The position numbers were made by a program, and so were the translations under genes. This document shows, piece after piece, positions 1 through 9,691 of a stretch of DNA of 64,000 nucleotides. The stretch comes from a virus. Location: IMG/VR virus record IMGVR_UViG_3300037961_005428, positions 1 to 64,000 of that record; one strand, written 5' to 3'. A model generated the notes under the pieces. The model was not told the DNA's origin. It saw only the letters and a program-made list of their open reading frames with translations, and made no database searches. The number at the start of each line of letters is the position of its first letter. Within the stretch, counting starts at the first letter, position 1.

Positions 1-677
1 TTGACAGGCTCTTCGCTGGTCAAAACTTCAATGAGTCGCTGCCTCAGTGTCGGGCCCATACCTTTCACTCGTTTCAGTGATTCTACATAAAGCATCTCCT
101 CTATGCTGCCACAAGTGTTGATAAGTTTGCTCACTAAATCGGGCCCGAAACCGGGTATTGAGAGAAGCAGGTCCTTGCGCACATCGTTGGTTGACACCCT
201 TGTAATGGCTCTCGCTCCATGACGGCTGGCTGGCTTGTGCAACTTTTGGTGAAGTTTGACGATGAACATAGCCGCTTCAACATGGTCCTTTGCTTTGTAG
301 ATATGACAGTCAAAGTCGGCCATGATGCGGGCAAAGGTGCCCATGAGTTCGTTTGTCACTCGTGAGTATGACACCTTGCGCCCTTGGTTCTGTGCCATTT
401 TGATGTACTTGGCAATGTCGCCGTGCACGACAAGGAACACCCGACCACAGTTAGCGTCCATGTTGTCCAGTTGCCGCCAAAGGTGACCACTGTGACTGGA
501 CTGAAAGAAATCGCTGAGGCTCTTGCACTCAATGTGCCCATCGCCGGCCTTGTAGTCACCCATGCCCTGCAAGAACTGAGACTTGACAAGCACGCCCTCC
601 TTGCGAGCCATGCGCTCCACTGCCTCAAAGAGCGGGCCACGCTCGTTGCTATCCGCAATCAATGGTGGGACACTCAT
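1..677 (-). CDS. ERCC4/XPF (Hef-like) structure-specific nuclease with C-terminal HhH; runs off window start
   Basis: Not in ORF track; my translation from ATG 677: MSVPPLIADSNERG...GDY...IECKSLSDFFQS..SGHLWRQL..M (ERCC4 motifs), then LLSIPGFGP...VKGMGP (HhH2). Confidence 0.85.
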   Translation of the reverse strand, partial: MSVPPLIADSNERGPLFEAVERMARKEGVLVKSQFLQGMGDYKAGDGHIECKSLSDFFQSSHSGHLWRQLDNMDANCGRVFLVVHGDIAKYIKMAQNQGRKVSYSRVTNELMGTFARIMADFDCHIYKAKDHVEAAMFIVKLHQKLHKPASRHGARAITRVSTNDVRKDLLLSIPGFGPDLVSKLINTCGSIEEMLYVESLKRVKGMGPTLRQRLIEVLTSEEPV

Positions 678-889
678 TCACTCACCTTCCCATGGGCGTT
701 ACAGTATGCGCTACCGATTTTGGACCAGTGTTGACAAGGTTTACCTTTGTGGTTCGTACCACTGCATGCATAGATGAGTGCTACCAAGTAGTCGTCATGC
801 CCATACGGACCTTTGTTGAAACAGGGGAAGCAGACGCGCTTCCCTTGCTTACTTAATTTCGCATCGCAAATCATGCATCTACGCCTCAT
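674..889 (-). CDS. small Zn-finger protein
   Basis: CxxC...CxxC and C..C..CxxH; ATGA overlap with nuclease gene. Confidence 0.65.
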   Translation of the reverse strand: MRRRCMICDAKLSKQGKRVCFPCFNKGPYGHDDYLVALIYACSGTNHKGKPCQHWSKIGSAYCNAHGKVSE

Positions 890-1991
890 GTTCTTTCACC
901 TCACCGCTCCCTGTTTTGTCCCAATATCGGCACTTGCCGATGCAGAGCCCCTTGCCCCACAGCATTTTACAGGTCTGTGGGTAGTCTTTGAATACGATGG
1001 TGCTGACTTGATACCGAGTGACTCCTTCGTCTTGGTCAGCCCATTTGAGCCCCATGAGATACCGAACAATCTCATCAGCATGTTCCTGTAATTGCTCTTT
1101 TGTAAACCTCTCAATGGGCATGAAGTTGCGCTTTCGCTTGGCGAGATACTTGACCAACTGCACACGGGCGTCATGACTTGGGTTGCCGCCGATTTGGCAG
1201 GCTGCTTGGTTCAAGCAAGGGAGTATGATAACACCGTTCATGCGTACAGTTGGTAAATCCAACACCTTGTCCGACTCGTTGAAAATCTGCACTTTCTCTG
1301 TGACTGGGCGGATATTGAGTTTAACGCCTTGGGTACCATACTCCTTGTAACCGCTCTTAGCATCCATCGCTTCAAAAATAATGTGCTGGTGCCCGGCCTC
1401 CAAGTCTTCGGTGCTAACAGGGATGCTCCAAAAGCCACGCTTGGCGTTGAAAGAGTTAGGGATGCGAATTAAGCCACTCGTGTCAAACGGCACCATTGGG
1501 TCACAGCAGTACAAATCCATGTCTTTGACCCAGTCGTTGACCAGTTGGATGCCGGCCTCCTTAACAGCCGATAGGTGAGGCCCGTCACCCGGAGTCAGCG
1601 TTTCGTCCAGCGCCACCCATACATGAAAGCCGCCGCCACTGAACCAAATGCCGTGCCGGATGTCTTGCTCAAGGAGGTGTCGGTGCAAACGAAGCGTTTG
1701 TTCCAGTGGTATCTCGGGCTCCACTGTGGCACGGTTCCTGTCTCGGAAATTGATAGCGTCAAAGTCCATGACAAAGTGTCGGATGATGGGTGTGTAGAGA
1801 TTTACCCTACGATGATGAGGGGCTTCTGTAGCACGATAGCCGTATACAGTCATGTAGGCGTTGGACACGCCATTCTTACCAGCCCAGTATCGTTCAAACT
1901 GCTCTTTACTGTTGACCAGTTTCCTGTAGCCTCTTCCTTTTTCTGTGCTGAGTTCAAGAACTTCCCGTGGATAATCAAGTTTTAACTGCAT
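879..1991 (-). CDS. priS: archaeo-eukaryotic primase, PriS catalytic domain fused to PriL-like Fe-S C-terminal domain
   Basis: MDFD, SGGGFH, D..GLIRIPNSFN.K; C-terminal PCL...HDAR...TC...GLC..KC. Confidence 0.9.
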   Translation of the reverse strand: MQLKLDYPREVLELSTEKGRGYRKLVNSKEQFERYWAGKNGVSNAYMTVYGYRATEAPHHRRVNLYTPIIRHFVMDFDAINFRDRNRATVEPEIPLEQTLRLHRHLLEQDIRHGIWFSGGGFHVWVALDETLTPGDGPHLSAVKEAGIQLVNDWVKDMDLYCCDPMVPFDTSGLIRIPNSFNAKRGFWSIPVSTEDLEAGHQHIIFEAMDAKSGYKEYGTQGVKLNIRPVTEKVQIFNESDKVLDLPTVRMNGVIILPCLNQAACQIGGNPSHDARVQLVKYLAKRKRNFMPIERFTKEQLQEHADEIVRYLMGLKWADQDEGVTRYQVSTIVFKDYPQTCKMLWGKGLCIGKCRYWDKTGSGEVKEHEA

Positions 1992-2274
1992 TGTCCTTCA
2001 CTCTCTTTATCATGTGGTCAAGTGACCGCATGATGTCATTCATTTGAACTTCATCATCCGGTAACATCAGTCGTGGGCTCAACACGATTTCTGCGAATAA
2101 AATAGGGTGGGACTCGGGATGCTTATCCGAATAGGCGGCGAGAGTTTTGTTAAATGACACACTGAGGCGCTTGTCTTTGCCCATGTGTTCCCATTTGATT
2201 TGGCTAATCATGTCAAACTTATCTCGCAAATGGTACTCAATGCATTGAGCCACTTTGTTCATTCCATCATTCAT
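1975..2274 (-). CDS. hypothetical protein (likely start MNDG at 2274)
   Basis: ATGA coupling with upstream gene; GGAGG upstream. Confidence 0.6.
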   Translation of the reverse strand: MNDGMNKVAQCIEYHLRDKFDMISQIKWEHMGKDKRLSVSFNKTLAAYSDKHPESHPILFAEIVLSPRLMLPDDEVQMNDIMRSLDHMIKRVKDNAVKT

Positions 2275-3260
2275 TTCTTCGCCTCCTTCTTTTCTTCTAA
2301 TTCTTTGAGTCGTTGGGCTGCACTCTTTGGTGTCAGCGTGTTGCCCCATCCACCTTTCCAATAGATGTCGCCACCCTCAGCCCATGCAGGGCACTCGTCC
2401 ACAAAGTCGCAATGAGCGCACTTACCGGTGGACGGCTGTGGTGGGAAGTTGTCAGTGAGATATGCCTCAATCAGTTCGTTGACGGCTTTGTTGATTGTTG
2501 TGAGGTATCGCTTACTTACCTTCTCATAAGCCACATGGTTCTCGGAACCGGGAACATCCTCTCTGTGACCAGCGGGATAGAACCAGCCCCAATGCGTGAC
2601 ATCCTGTAGAGGGTGGTCAGCCTTGCGAAGCAGGTCCCAATAGAAGGCCATCTCAGTGCGCATGCTTCGGACCTTGAAATTGGTCCCAACCCACTTACCG
2701 GTCTTTAATTCCATAAGGGCTACCTTGTCCTCTTCGGTATGATAGGCCCGGTCAATGCTGCCTGCGAAGTGCACAGGTATACTTAGTTCCTCGCCGTTGA
2801 AGTTGAACGGAACATCTACGAAAGCGTGGACCTCCAACTCATTGATGATGGGGAGGAACCGGTCGGGGTCCGCTTCAAGGCGAACCAATTCCCAGTCAAT
2901 ACGCTGTTCAATGATGGGTTCTTCACCTAAGTGGTACGGCTCTTCCGGTGTGGGTAGGCAGTCCATGAGGAGAGCCTTGGCCCCATCACGGTCTTGCTTC
3001 TTGAGTAGTGCGTGCGCCTTCTTGTAAACAGGTCGGACATTGATGTAGAACTCCTCCATGGCGTCGTGGACATTTGTCCCACGAGTCATGGCGTCTGTAG
3101 TGGGGGACTTGCGACCTTCAATGCGCTTCTTCTTGTATTGGAAACGGCAGTAGCCAAAGTCGCTGGTGAGACTGGTCTTGGTCATGCGCAGGTATTTATC
3201 GTGCCCTTGCTCCCACTGGTAGGTGGATTTGGCATACGCTTCCCAATCTCTGTCACTCAT
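2271..3260 (-). CDS. Cas4-like / RecB-family PD-(D/E)XK exonuclease with Fe-S cluster
   Basis: N-terminal C, RGTNVH, GSIDR...ELKTG, C-terminal CAHCDFVDEC. Confidence 0.85.
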   Translation of the reverse strand: MSDRDWEAYAKSTYQWEQGHDKYLRMTKTSLTSDFGYCRFQYKKKRIEGRKSPTTDAMTRGTNVHDAMEEFYINVRPVYKKAHALLKKQDRDGAKALLMDCLPTPEEPYHLGEEPIIEQRIDWELVRLEADPDRFLPIINELEVHAFVDVPFNFNGEELSIPVHFAGSIDRAYHTEEDKVALMELKTGKWVGTNFKVRSMRTEMAFYWDLLRKADHPLQDVTHWGWFYPAGHREDVPGSENHVAYEKVSKRYLTTINKAVNELIEAYLTDNFPPQPSTGKCAHCDFVDECPAWAEGGDIYWKGGWGNTLTPKSAAQRLKELEEKKEAKK

Positions 3261-3378
3261 TCTTCTTCAACTCCATATCTGCGCTGTGCTCTTTCATAGT
3301 ACCCTTCAATGATACGCTCTTCTTCTTGTGTTCTCAGTCGGCTGAATATGCGGTCCCAAAATCCCATCCTTGACCGCC

Positions 3379-3972
3379 TCACTTCTTGGGATTGTAGTAT
3401 TCGGGTGCGAGTTCGTTGAAGTAAGGGTTGAACTTGAAGTAAGAGGACTTGCTCTCCGTAAAGTCATCCAACCGTGTTTGACCTTGACGCATGGCGACCA
3501 GCAGGATAGCACAGTAGCCCATCAAGTCCTTGATGACATCCTCGTCGTTCTCAATGCCCTCGCTGCCTTGGATGAGGCGGCTGATTTTGTCGTCCATCCG
3601 AATACGGATGAGGTCAGCCGGCTGAGCGCCGCCTTTGTAGAACACCCGTAGGGGCTCAAAGACGCTGTCGCCATAGGCTTGATTCTTGGCCACGACCATC
3701 CGCTTCACCTCGTCAAAGACTTGGATAATGCGAGTAGAGGACACCAGTTTGTTTGAGTCGGCTGGCTCATTTGGCGAGTGAGGGAAGTATTTCGTCCCTT
3801 TCTTTTCACCCTCTTTACGGATGATACCTTGCTTCACCAGTTCCCGCAGGCGCAGCCCAATGTATTGGCTACTCTTGGTTTGCAGTAAGTCGGATTTCTT
3901 TACCAACTCACTGCGGCCCAAGCCGGGGTTTTCTCCAATTGTTCTTTTGATTTCTTCGTCAATGCTGCGCAT
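3379..3972 (-). CDS. wHTH fused to DUF1599/Nmad1-type (MazG-like alpha-helical) nucleotide-modification-associated domain
   Basis: N-terminal wHTH (PGLGRSEL...LRELVKQGII...TKY); C-terminal KNQAYGDS...RMDDKISRL...EDVIKDLMGY. Confidence 0.7.
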   Translation of the reverse strand: MRSIDEEIKRTIGENPGLGRSELVKKSDLLQTKSSQYIGLRLRELVKQGIIRKEGEKKGTKYFPHSPNEPADSNKLVSSTRIIQVFDEVKRMVVAKNQAYGDSVFEPLRVFYKGGAQPADLIRIRMDDKISRLIQGSEGIENDEDVIKDLMGYCAILLVAMRQGQTRLDDFTESKSSYFKFNPYFNELAPEYYNPKK

Positions 3973-4005
3973 AATGTTTCACCACTTTAGTCTACTATTT
4001 CAATG

Positions 4006-6396
4006 CTACCAGTATTTCTTGGGTTTAGGCTTCCCTGTGGCGTAGTCCAGCGACCAGCCGAGTGCATTGAAAATAGGTTTAATTTTTTGGGACACCAATT
4101 TGTCCACCATTTTGTCGTAGTCAAGAGTGAAGTCTTTCAACTCCTCTTCTTCATGGTAAGCGACAATGTCAGTGGGTGGCATTCCTTGAGGCGGCTCGCT
4201 CACATAGACCCACTTGACGCTGTCCCCGTTCTTGAACTTGGGATGAACACTCTTCTCCACGAGATGGAGGTTGTAGTAGCGAGCACCCTTAACACCGGGC
4301 ACACCCACGCTTTCTGCGTATTTGTCCAGCGATTTTTGGATGCGGGTGACACCTGCTACATCAGCCATAGGGTAGTCACCTTGCATGATGCCGAGGCTGA
4401 TACCTCGCACATGGTCCACGACTTCATTCTCATTGGCTCCACTGCATACCTTGGTGAGTACATCCCGCTCAAGAGTGCGGGAAACAGGGGCGAGTGTGCT
4501 GATTTTACCCCAGCGTGCTGACTTGGCTTTACCCTTATCCTCGGGTGGCCATGAGCACACGCCGTAGTAGAGGTTCTTTCCACCTACAATCCAGTAAGGC
4601 ATGTATGCTTCAAATTCTACAAAGAGAGCATTGGCTTGGTGTTCTCGCTGAACCGTCTCTGTCAAATGGCGAGCAAGAGCAGGGGCTTCATCAAATGGGA
4701 CTTGGACAAAGGCCGAGTCGGTGTGACCGTACAGAGCGCTGTAGCCCTGTTTCTCGGATTCTTCCATGAGGAATCGGATAGCCTCACGACCACAGGCCGT
4801 GATGGCACTGGCGATGGCAGGGGCCGACCAGCCCCAGTAGGTGCTGGCGCACATGCCGTATAGTGACGCCATGACACGCTTGACTGCCAATTGCATGGTG
4901 TTCCAACCGGAGCGTTCTGTGTCGCTCTTGGATTCACGCATGCGGCGTTTGTATTCATCTCGGAGTTCAAACATTTCAGTAACGATGCGGGGTAATAGAG
5001 CCGGCTCGCCCTGTCGCCAACAGGTGCCGTCCGGCAGTTCTCTTACATCATCATCAAAGCGATACTCTCGGTCCACCTGTGACTCCCACGAAAGGTTGTG
5101 GCTGAGGATAAGTGAAGGGTACAGGCCTTTGTAGTCCACACAGGCTACACCTTCGTAGCGGCCCGGAGTAGGGGGCGGGATGTAAGCACCCTCGTATTCG
5201 GCCTTGGAATGAGGGCTGAGTGTCGGGGGCTTCCAATCAGTACGACGACTGATAAGGCCCCGTGCAAAACGAGTGACATTGTGACAGGAGGGGAAACTGA
5301 CGCCACAGACTTGTTGAAGCGACATGTAAAACTCAAGGATGTGGTTGCGTTCATCCACCATTTTGAGCAGTTCTACATCTCGCATACAGTAGTCTACGAA
5401 CTCGTCAAAGCGTTCGTACCATCCCGTGAAAACATCCATCTCCAATTTACCACCGTAGTCCAGCACATCCTCACCTGTGATATGGTCCAACTTTCGGCTG
5501 GCCAACTGAGGCTTACCGCTGTCCTTCCACACCCGCTCAAAGCCAGTGCCGCTGCTAAGTGGGGCAGCCGTATCAAAGCACAGTCGTCCACGGACGGGCT
5601 GGTCAGTGTAGTCGTAACCCTTCTCTTTGTCGGGCTTGCGCACCCGATTGAGTGGGCTGAGTTTGCGAAACAGACCCTTGCCGAGAACATCCTTGTTGTC
5701 AAGTCGTCGGATGATGTGAGGGAGGTCAGCCCACATGAGAGCGTGAGCCACCAGCACATCGGGGTCGCACTTCTCAAGGTAAGCAAGAAACTCCCTGTAA
5801 ATGGAAGCCTCGGAGTTGCACAACACCCTACGATATTTGACTGTACTTTCCACGCCCTTGCTGTTTTCCCATGACATGGAGCGAATCGTCTCAATGAACT
5901 CATCGTCGCCCAGTGATTCGGCTGATTCTTCCGACCAGCAGAAGGCGATACGCTCGTCGCTGTAGTTGTCAGCGATACCTATCACTGTTGTGAAGTCCTC
6001 TTTCGGGTCCCACTCAAGGTCAAGGTGCCACACCCTTGGTTTCCATTCGGGCATCGTATCGTAGCGGTCCATGAGGAATCGGTCGGGCAGTGTCAAGTCG
6101 CCCTCCCACGATGTCATCTCTTTTCGCATGGGGTACACATCGCCTTGGCGATACGGTATGATTTTGATAAGGTTCTCACCACCTATCCCGACAGCCTTTG
6201 CCTCCCGGTCCACTCGTGAGCCGGGATATCGGTCCACCAAATGCTTGATGAGGCGGGGGTCAGTGTCAGCCTTTACCCAAAAGTAGGGCTCAAAGTCTGT
6301 GACATTCCGCTCAATCAGCGTTCCGTCGGGCGACCGCCAGCGACAGTAGAGTACATCTCTTCCGTCGTAGTCGGGCAGGTAGTTGTCAACAATCAT
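4006..6396 (-). CDS. polB: family B DNA polymerase
   Basis: Exo I DLE, Exo III YCMRD; motif A DYKGLYPS, motif B KRVMASLYG, motif C YGHTDS. Confidence 0.95.
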   Translation of the reverse strand: MIVDNYLPDYDGRDVLYCRWRSPDGTLIERNVTDFEPYFWVKADTDPRLIKHLVDRYPGSRVDREAKAVGIGGENLIKIIPYRQGDVYPMRKEMTSWEGDLTLPDRFLMDRYDTMPEWKPRVWHLDLEWDPKEDFTTVIGIADNYSDERIAFCWSEESAESLGDDEFIETIRSMSWENSKGVESTVKYRRVLCNSEASIYREFLAYLEKCDPDVLVAHALMWADLPHIIRRLDNKDVLGKGLFRKLSPLNRVRKPDKEKGYDYTDQPVRGRLCFDTAAPLSSGTGFERVWKDSGKPQLASRKLDHITGEDVLDYGGKLEMDVFTGWYERFDEFVDYCMRDVELLKMVDERNHILEFYMSLQQVCGVSFPSCHNVTRFARGLISRRTDWKPPTLSPHSKAEYEGAYIPPPTPGRYEGVACVDYKGLYPSLILSHNLSWESQVDREYRFDDDVRELPDGTCWRQGEPALLPRIVTEMFELRDEYKRRMRESKSDTERSGWNTMQLAVKRVMASLYGMCASTYWGWSAPAIASAITACGREAIRFLMEESEKQGYSALYGHTDSAFVQVPFDEAPALARHLTETVQREHQANALFVEFEAYMPYWIVGGKNLYYGVCSWPPEDKGKAKSARWGKISTLAPVSRTLERDVLTKVCSGANENEVVDHVRGISLGIMQGDYPMADVAGVTRIQKSLDKYAESVGVPGVKGARYYNLHLVEKSVHPKFKNGDSVKWVYVSEPPQGMPPTDIVAYHEEEELKDFTLDYDKMVDKLVSQKIKPIFNALGWSLDYATGKPKPKKYW

Positions 6397-6557
6397 TCTT
6401 CTTCCTCGTGAATTTGAACATAGGTCACTTCGGCTTCACAATCTAAGCAGTGAAGACTGGCGACAATACCGTCGCCCTCATAGCCGTAGTCTTCGGGAGT
6501 GAAGTCCGCTCCCCAAATAAGGCGACCGCCACAGAGCCAACAAACATCTCGCCTCAT
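6393..6557 (-). CDS. 54-aa Zn-ribbon protein
   Basis: Below ORF-track cutoff: MRRDVCWLCGG...HCLDCEAEV...EEE; ATGA overlaps on both sides. Confidence 0.7.
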   Translation of the reverse strand: MRRDVCWLCGGRLIWGADFTPEDYGYEGDGIVASLHCLDCEAEVTYVQIHEEEE

Positions 6558-7312
6558 TCGTCCACCTCTTGGTCAAACACGATGAGGAGGTATGAGCCGT
6601 CCAAATCTCTCACCACAAACGGGGCGCTTTCCCCCATGTGGAACTGCACCATTTTGTCGGGCACAGTGTTGAGAAGTTCGGGGAGCCAGTGAGCGTAGTG
6701 TGATTGGTAGGACTCTGCCGTACCGCTGATAGGCTCAGCCTCCACAGCGGCGAACATTTTCCCTTTGTTCTTCTGCTCTGCCATCAGTGCCAACTCGGTG
6801 TCTTTAGGTCGGTAGTCTACCTTACAGGTGATACCCGACCCGATGACCTTGCTCGCTTTGCTGATGCCGTAGAGGTCTGTCCCAGTGACATTGCCACAGG
6901 CGGGTAGATTGGCTTCCCCAAACGACTGCCACATGTTGTCCTCCGCTTTACCGACGACACGCTCAATGAGGGGCACATCGGTTTCGGAGGCGATGTAGGT
7001 AGACGACGGCAACTCAAGGCTGGACCGTCCGGCCTTCACCTGTATCGGTCTGCCTCGTGCAGATTGGCTGACTGTAACTTCCGCAGCCTTTGCCGCCTTC
7101 AAGAACTCGCTGAACCGCACGAGGTCCGAGATGTAGATTTTCCCGGTGTCCCCGTCGTGGCAGTCCATGCTGCGACGCAGGTAATGCGTCAACGCTCCGA
7201 CCGCTACGGTGATTTGCTCAGCCTTGACTCGGATGGCAAGGTTGTCCACGCCTTTGGAGAAGGTGTCAATGAACGACAGCAACTCCTTCCGGCTCGCTGT
7301 AAAGGCGGGCAT
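6554..7312 (-). CDS. divergent PCNA-like sliding clamp
   Basis: 252 aa, clamp-like pattern, C-terminal FHMGESAPFVV...YLLI; located between PolB and RFC. Confidence 0.65.
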   Translation of the reverse strand: MPAFTASRKELLSFIDTFSKGVDNLAIRVKAEQITVAVGALTHYLRRSMDCHDGDTGKIYISDLVRFSEFLKAAKAAEVTVSQSARGRPIQVKAGRSSLELPSSTYIASETDVPLIERVVGKAEDNMWQSFGEANLPACGNVTGTDLYGISKASKVIGSGITCKVDYRPKDTELALMAEQKNKGKMFAAVEAEPISGTAESYQSHYAHWLPELLNTVPDKMVQFHMGESAPFVVRDLDGSYLLIVFDQEVDE

Positions 7313-7321
7313 TCAACCACC

Positions 7322-8359
7322 TCACACACTACGGGAGCGGAGTTCGGCGAGGCCGAGCCATTCGGCTGGCTGTCCTTTCTTGGTGACAAAGAAGGTCCGC
7401 TCTTGACCTTGAAGGTCGGCGTTGGTCTTGCACTTGGTGAACTCAACCTTGTAGCGGGTTTCGCCAGTTGGCTTGCCATCCTCGTCTCGGACTACTTCGT
7501 CCTTGCACCACAGGATTTGAGTGAGGTCGTTGTTGGCGTCCTTCTCCCAAACGAACTTCCAACCGTCGTGGCTGTACTCGTCGTCGCCCGACTTGATGTG
7601 CGTCTCCCAAAAGACATCCACGCCAAGGAAATTCAACTGTCGGCACAGGGCAGTCAGTTGCTTGAAACGAGTCTTTCGGATGCTCCAGTTCCAACCGATT
7701 TCTTTGTTGAGTTTGGAGGCGGCTGCTTCAATGGCATCCTTGGCATCCATCTCAAGGTCGTAGATTTTCATGTTGTTGATGCACACATTGTCAAACTGGT
7801 CAACGGCGGTGATGAGCAGGGCCTTGAGAACTTGCCCGTTGAAGCCGGGCTCCTTCTGTTTCTTGGCATACTCAATCGCAAAGCGACACAAGTCCATGAC
7901 ACGCTGGTGAGTCTTGGGGTAGTCAAAGGCGGTGCGGTCGTTGGGCTGTGTGACCCACGGGTTCCAAATGCGGATGATGTCATCGGCACCGGGATAGTGG
8001 GCCTGCTTACAATCGTTGGCACCAAAGTCAAAGTCGTAACACCACATCATCTCGTTGTCCTTGCGATAGTGCATGAAGGCGTCCATAGCGATGCCGGTCT
8101 TGCCCCGACCACTGTGCCCACCAATACCCATGAAAATGGACGAGCCGTTGATGGCCACTTGCTCCTTGAACTCCTTGAGGAGTTTGGGGTAGTTGCTGTC
8201 TTGATACAAAGGCTTGGCCTCATTGACGACAGGTTCGGCTGACTCATTTAGCGGAAGGGTAGTCTGTGCTTCGTCCACGACTGGTTCTTCTGCCTCTTGG
8301 GCTTGGGCTTGCTCGGCGATGTGGTTCTTCAAAATGTCAAATGCACTCATGTTCTTCAC
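7322..8359 (-). CDS. RecA-superfamily P-loop ATPase (RadA/Sak4-like recombinase)
   Basis: Walker A GHSGRGKT, YDFDFG, LLITAVD, FWETH, VEFTKCKT. Confidence 0.75.
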   Translation of the reverse strand: MKNMSAFDILKNHIAEQAQAQEAEEPVVDEAQTTLPLNESAEPVVNEAKPLYQDSNYPKLLKEFKEQVAINGSSIFMGIGGHSGRGKTGIAMDAFMHYRKDNEMMWCYDFDFGANDCKQAHYPGADDIIRIWNPWVTQPNDRTAFDYPKTHQRVMDLCRFAIEYAKKQKEPGFNGQVLKALLITAVDQFDNVCINNMKIYDLEMDAKDAIEAAASKLNKEIGWNWSIRKTRFKQLTALCRQLNFLGVDVFWETHIKSGDDEYSHDGWKFVWEKDANNDLTQILWCKDEVVRDEDGKPTGETRYKVEFTKCKTNADLQGQERTFFVTKKGQPAEWLGLAELRSRSV

Positions 8360-9600
8360 TCCTCAAACTGCGATGTGTCCGTGTTTCCGCCACGGGCACC
8401 GGGTCGTGCCGTTCGTGGGGGAACATAGATACCCAGTGCAGTAAGGCTGGGCACCATATCATCACGGAACTTTCGGGTCTTCAACTTACCACAGATGAGC
8501 ACTTGTGTGCGCTCAGCGTATGGCACCCACTCTTCCCCGTTGAAGAACTCAAAGGGGTTCGTGTCGTCAAAGGTGCGCCCCGGAATCCATACCGTGACTT
8601 CGGACAATGATGATTCACGACCATAGGTTGACTGGAGGTCAAGGCTCGTGACACTGATGCGGAAGTTGCGCCCCGTATCATCGTACTCGTTGTTGGAGGG
8701 CTCAGTGGACATCCGACTGATGTAGCCCTTCGTAATGATGGTCGGTGGAATGTAGCCGTCGTTGTAGGAGATTTTCCTGTCGTCGTATTCCTCCAACAAG
8801 TTGGCGAGGTTGACATAGGAGTCGTGCTTGCTACTCACCCAAAAGCGTGCAGCGTCTGTGAAGTCAGCAGGCAAGTCCGCAGCGTCAGCATACTTGACCG
8901 TGTTCACAAAGCCACGGTTGGTGTAGAGGATATCCGACTCTTGGTTGGAAGAGGGGACCACTTGAATCTCACACAGTTGGCCGAGTTTGTAAGAAGCGGT
9001 CATGTCTTCACCACCCAAGGCGACACGCCACATTTTGGGATTGTTCACGAACTCGTTGGCTGTGTTGCCGAGGAACTGTAGATAGCGCACCTTGCTCTCG
9101 TGGGCCATTGGTTTGCCATAAGAGGGGGACTCTCGGTTGGTATTGAGAAGAGTGACGATGGTGTCGTCGCACTTGAAACCAAACCACGGTAGACCTTCAC
9201 CAACACGCTCGTTGGTAGGCTCGCCGTTAACATGCCACACGCCGTCTTTGATTTTGACCACGCCAATCAGCCCTTGGTTGATGGCTCGGTCCCGGTCTTG
9301 ACGGAACATCTGTACGGCCTTCTCTCGCTGTGCCTGTCGTTGGTCACGGATGCTGTCGTTCAATCCGGTGATGTGTCCCATAAAGGTAACAGTGTCTCGG
9401 CCACCGCCGCTGCGTCCCAAGTTTCGGGTTTCAATCACGAACATTTCTGCCCATTCATTGACGAAGTATTCATCCTCGCCATCAACGGAAGTAGAGAACT
9501 CGGCTTGCACCCAGTCCTTGAACTCCTTCATCGCTTCTTCTTCTGTCTTGCCCATCCGTTCGGCATAGCCTCGGATTTTGTCTTCCCATTCGTTGCTCAT
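8356..9600 (-). CDS. RPA-like OB-fold ssDNA-binding protein (putative)
   Basis: beta-rich 414 aa with acidic tail, between recombinase and RFC. Confidence 0.5.
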   Translation of the reverse strand: MSNEWEDKIRGYAERMGKTEEEAMKEFKDWVQAEFSTSVDGEDEYFVNEWAEMFVIETRNLGRSGGGRDTVTFMGHITGLNDSIRDQRQAQREKAVQMFRQDRDRAINQGLIGVVKIKDGVWHVNGEPTNERVGEGLPWFGFKCDDTIVTLLNTNRESPSYGKPMAHESKVRYLQFLGNTANEFVNNPKMWRVALGGEDMTASYKLGQLCEIQVVPSSNQESDILYTNRGFVNTVKYADAADLPADFTDAARFWVSSKHDSYVNLANLLEEYDDRKISYNDGYIPPTIITKGYISRMSTEPSNNEYDDTGRNFRISVTSLDLQSTYGRESSLSEVTVWIPGRTFDDTNPFEFFNGEEWVPYAERTQVLICGKLKTRKFRDDMVPSLTALGIYVPPRTARPGARGGNTDTSQFEE

Positions 9601-9691
9601 TTTTTCTCACTCCTTGTGGTATCTCGCCGCTCGGCGGCATCATCGCCGTCGTGCTTAGAGTATATCAAACCTTTCTTTTCTAAGGTTATTT

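Noticed and set aside
4006-6396. Intein in PolB or terminase
   Set aside because: Lengths are normal and no intein terminal motifs were seen.
7064-8242. 392-aa plus-strand ORF and similar antisense ORFs across 1-37 kb
   Set aside because: Shadows of well-supported minus-strand genes, with no motifs.
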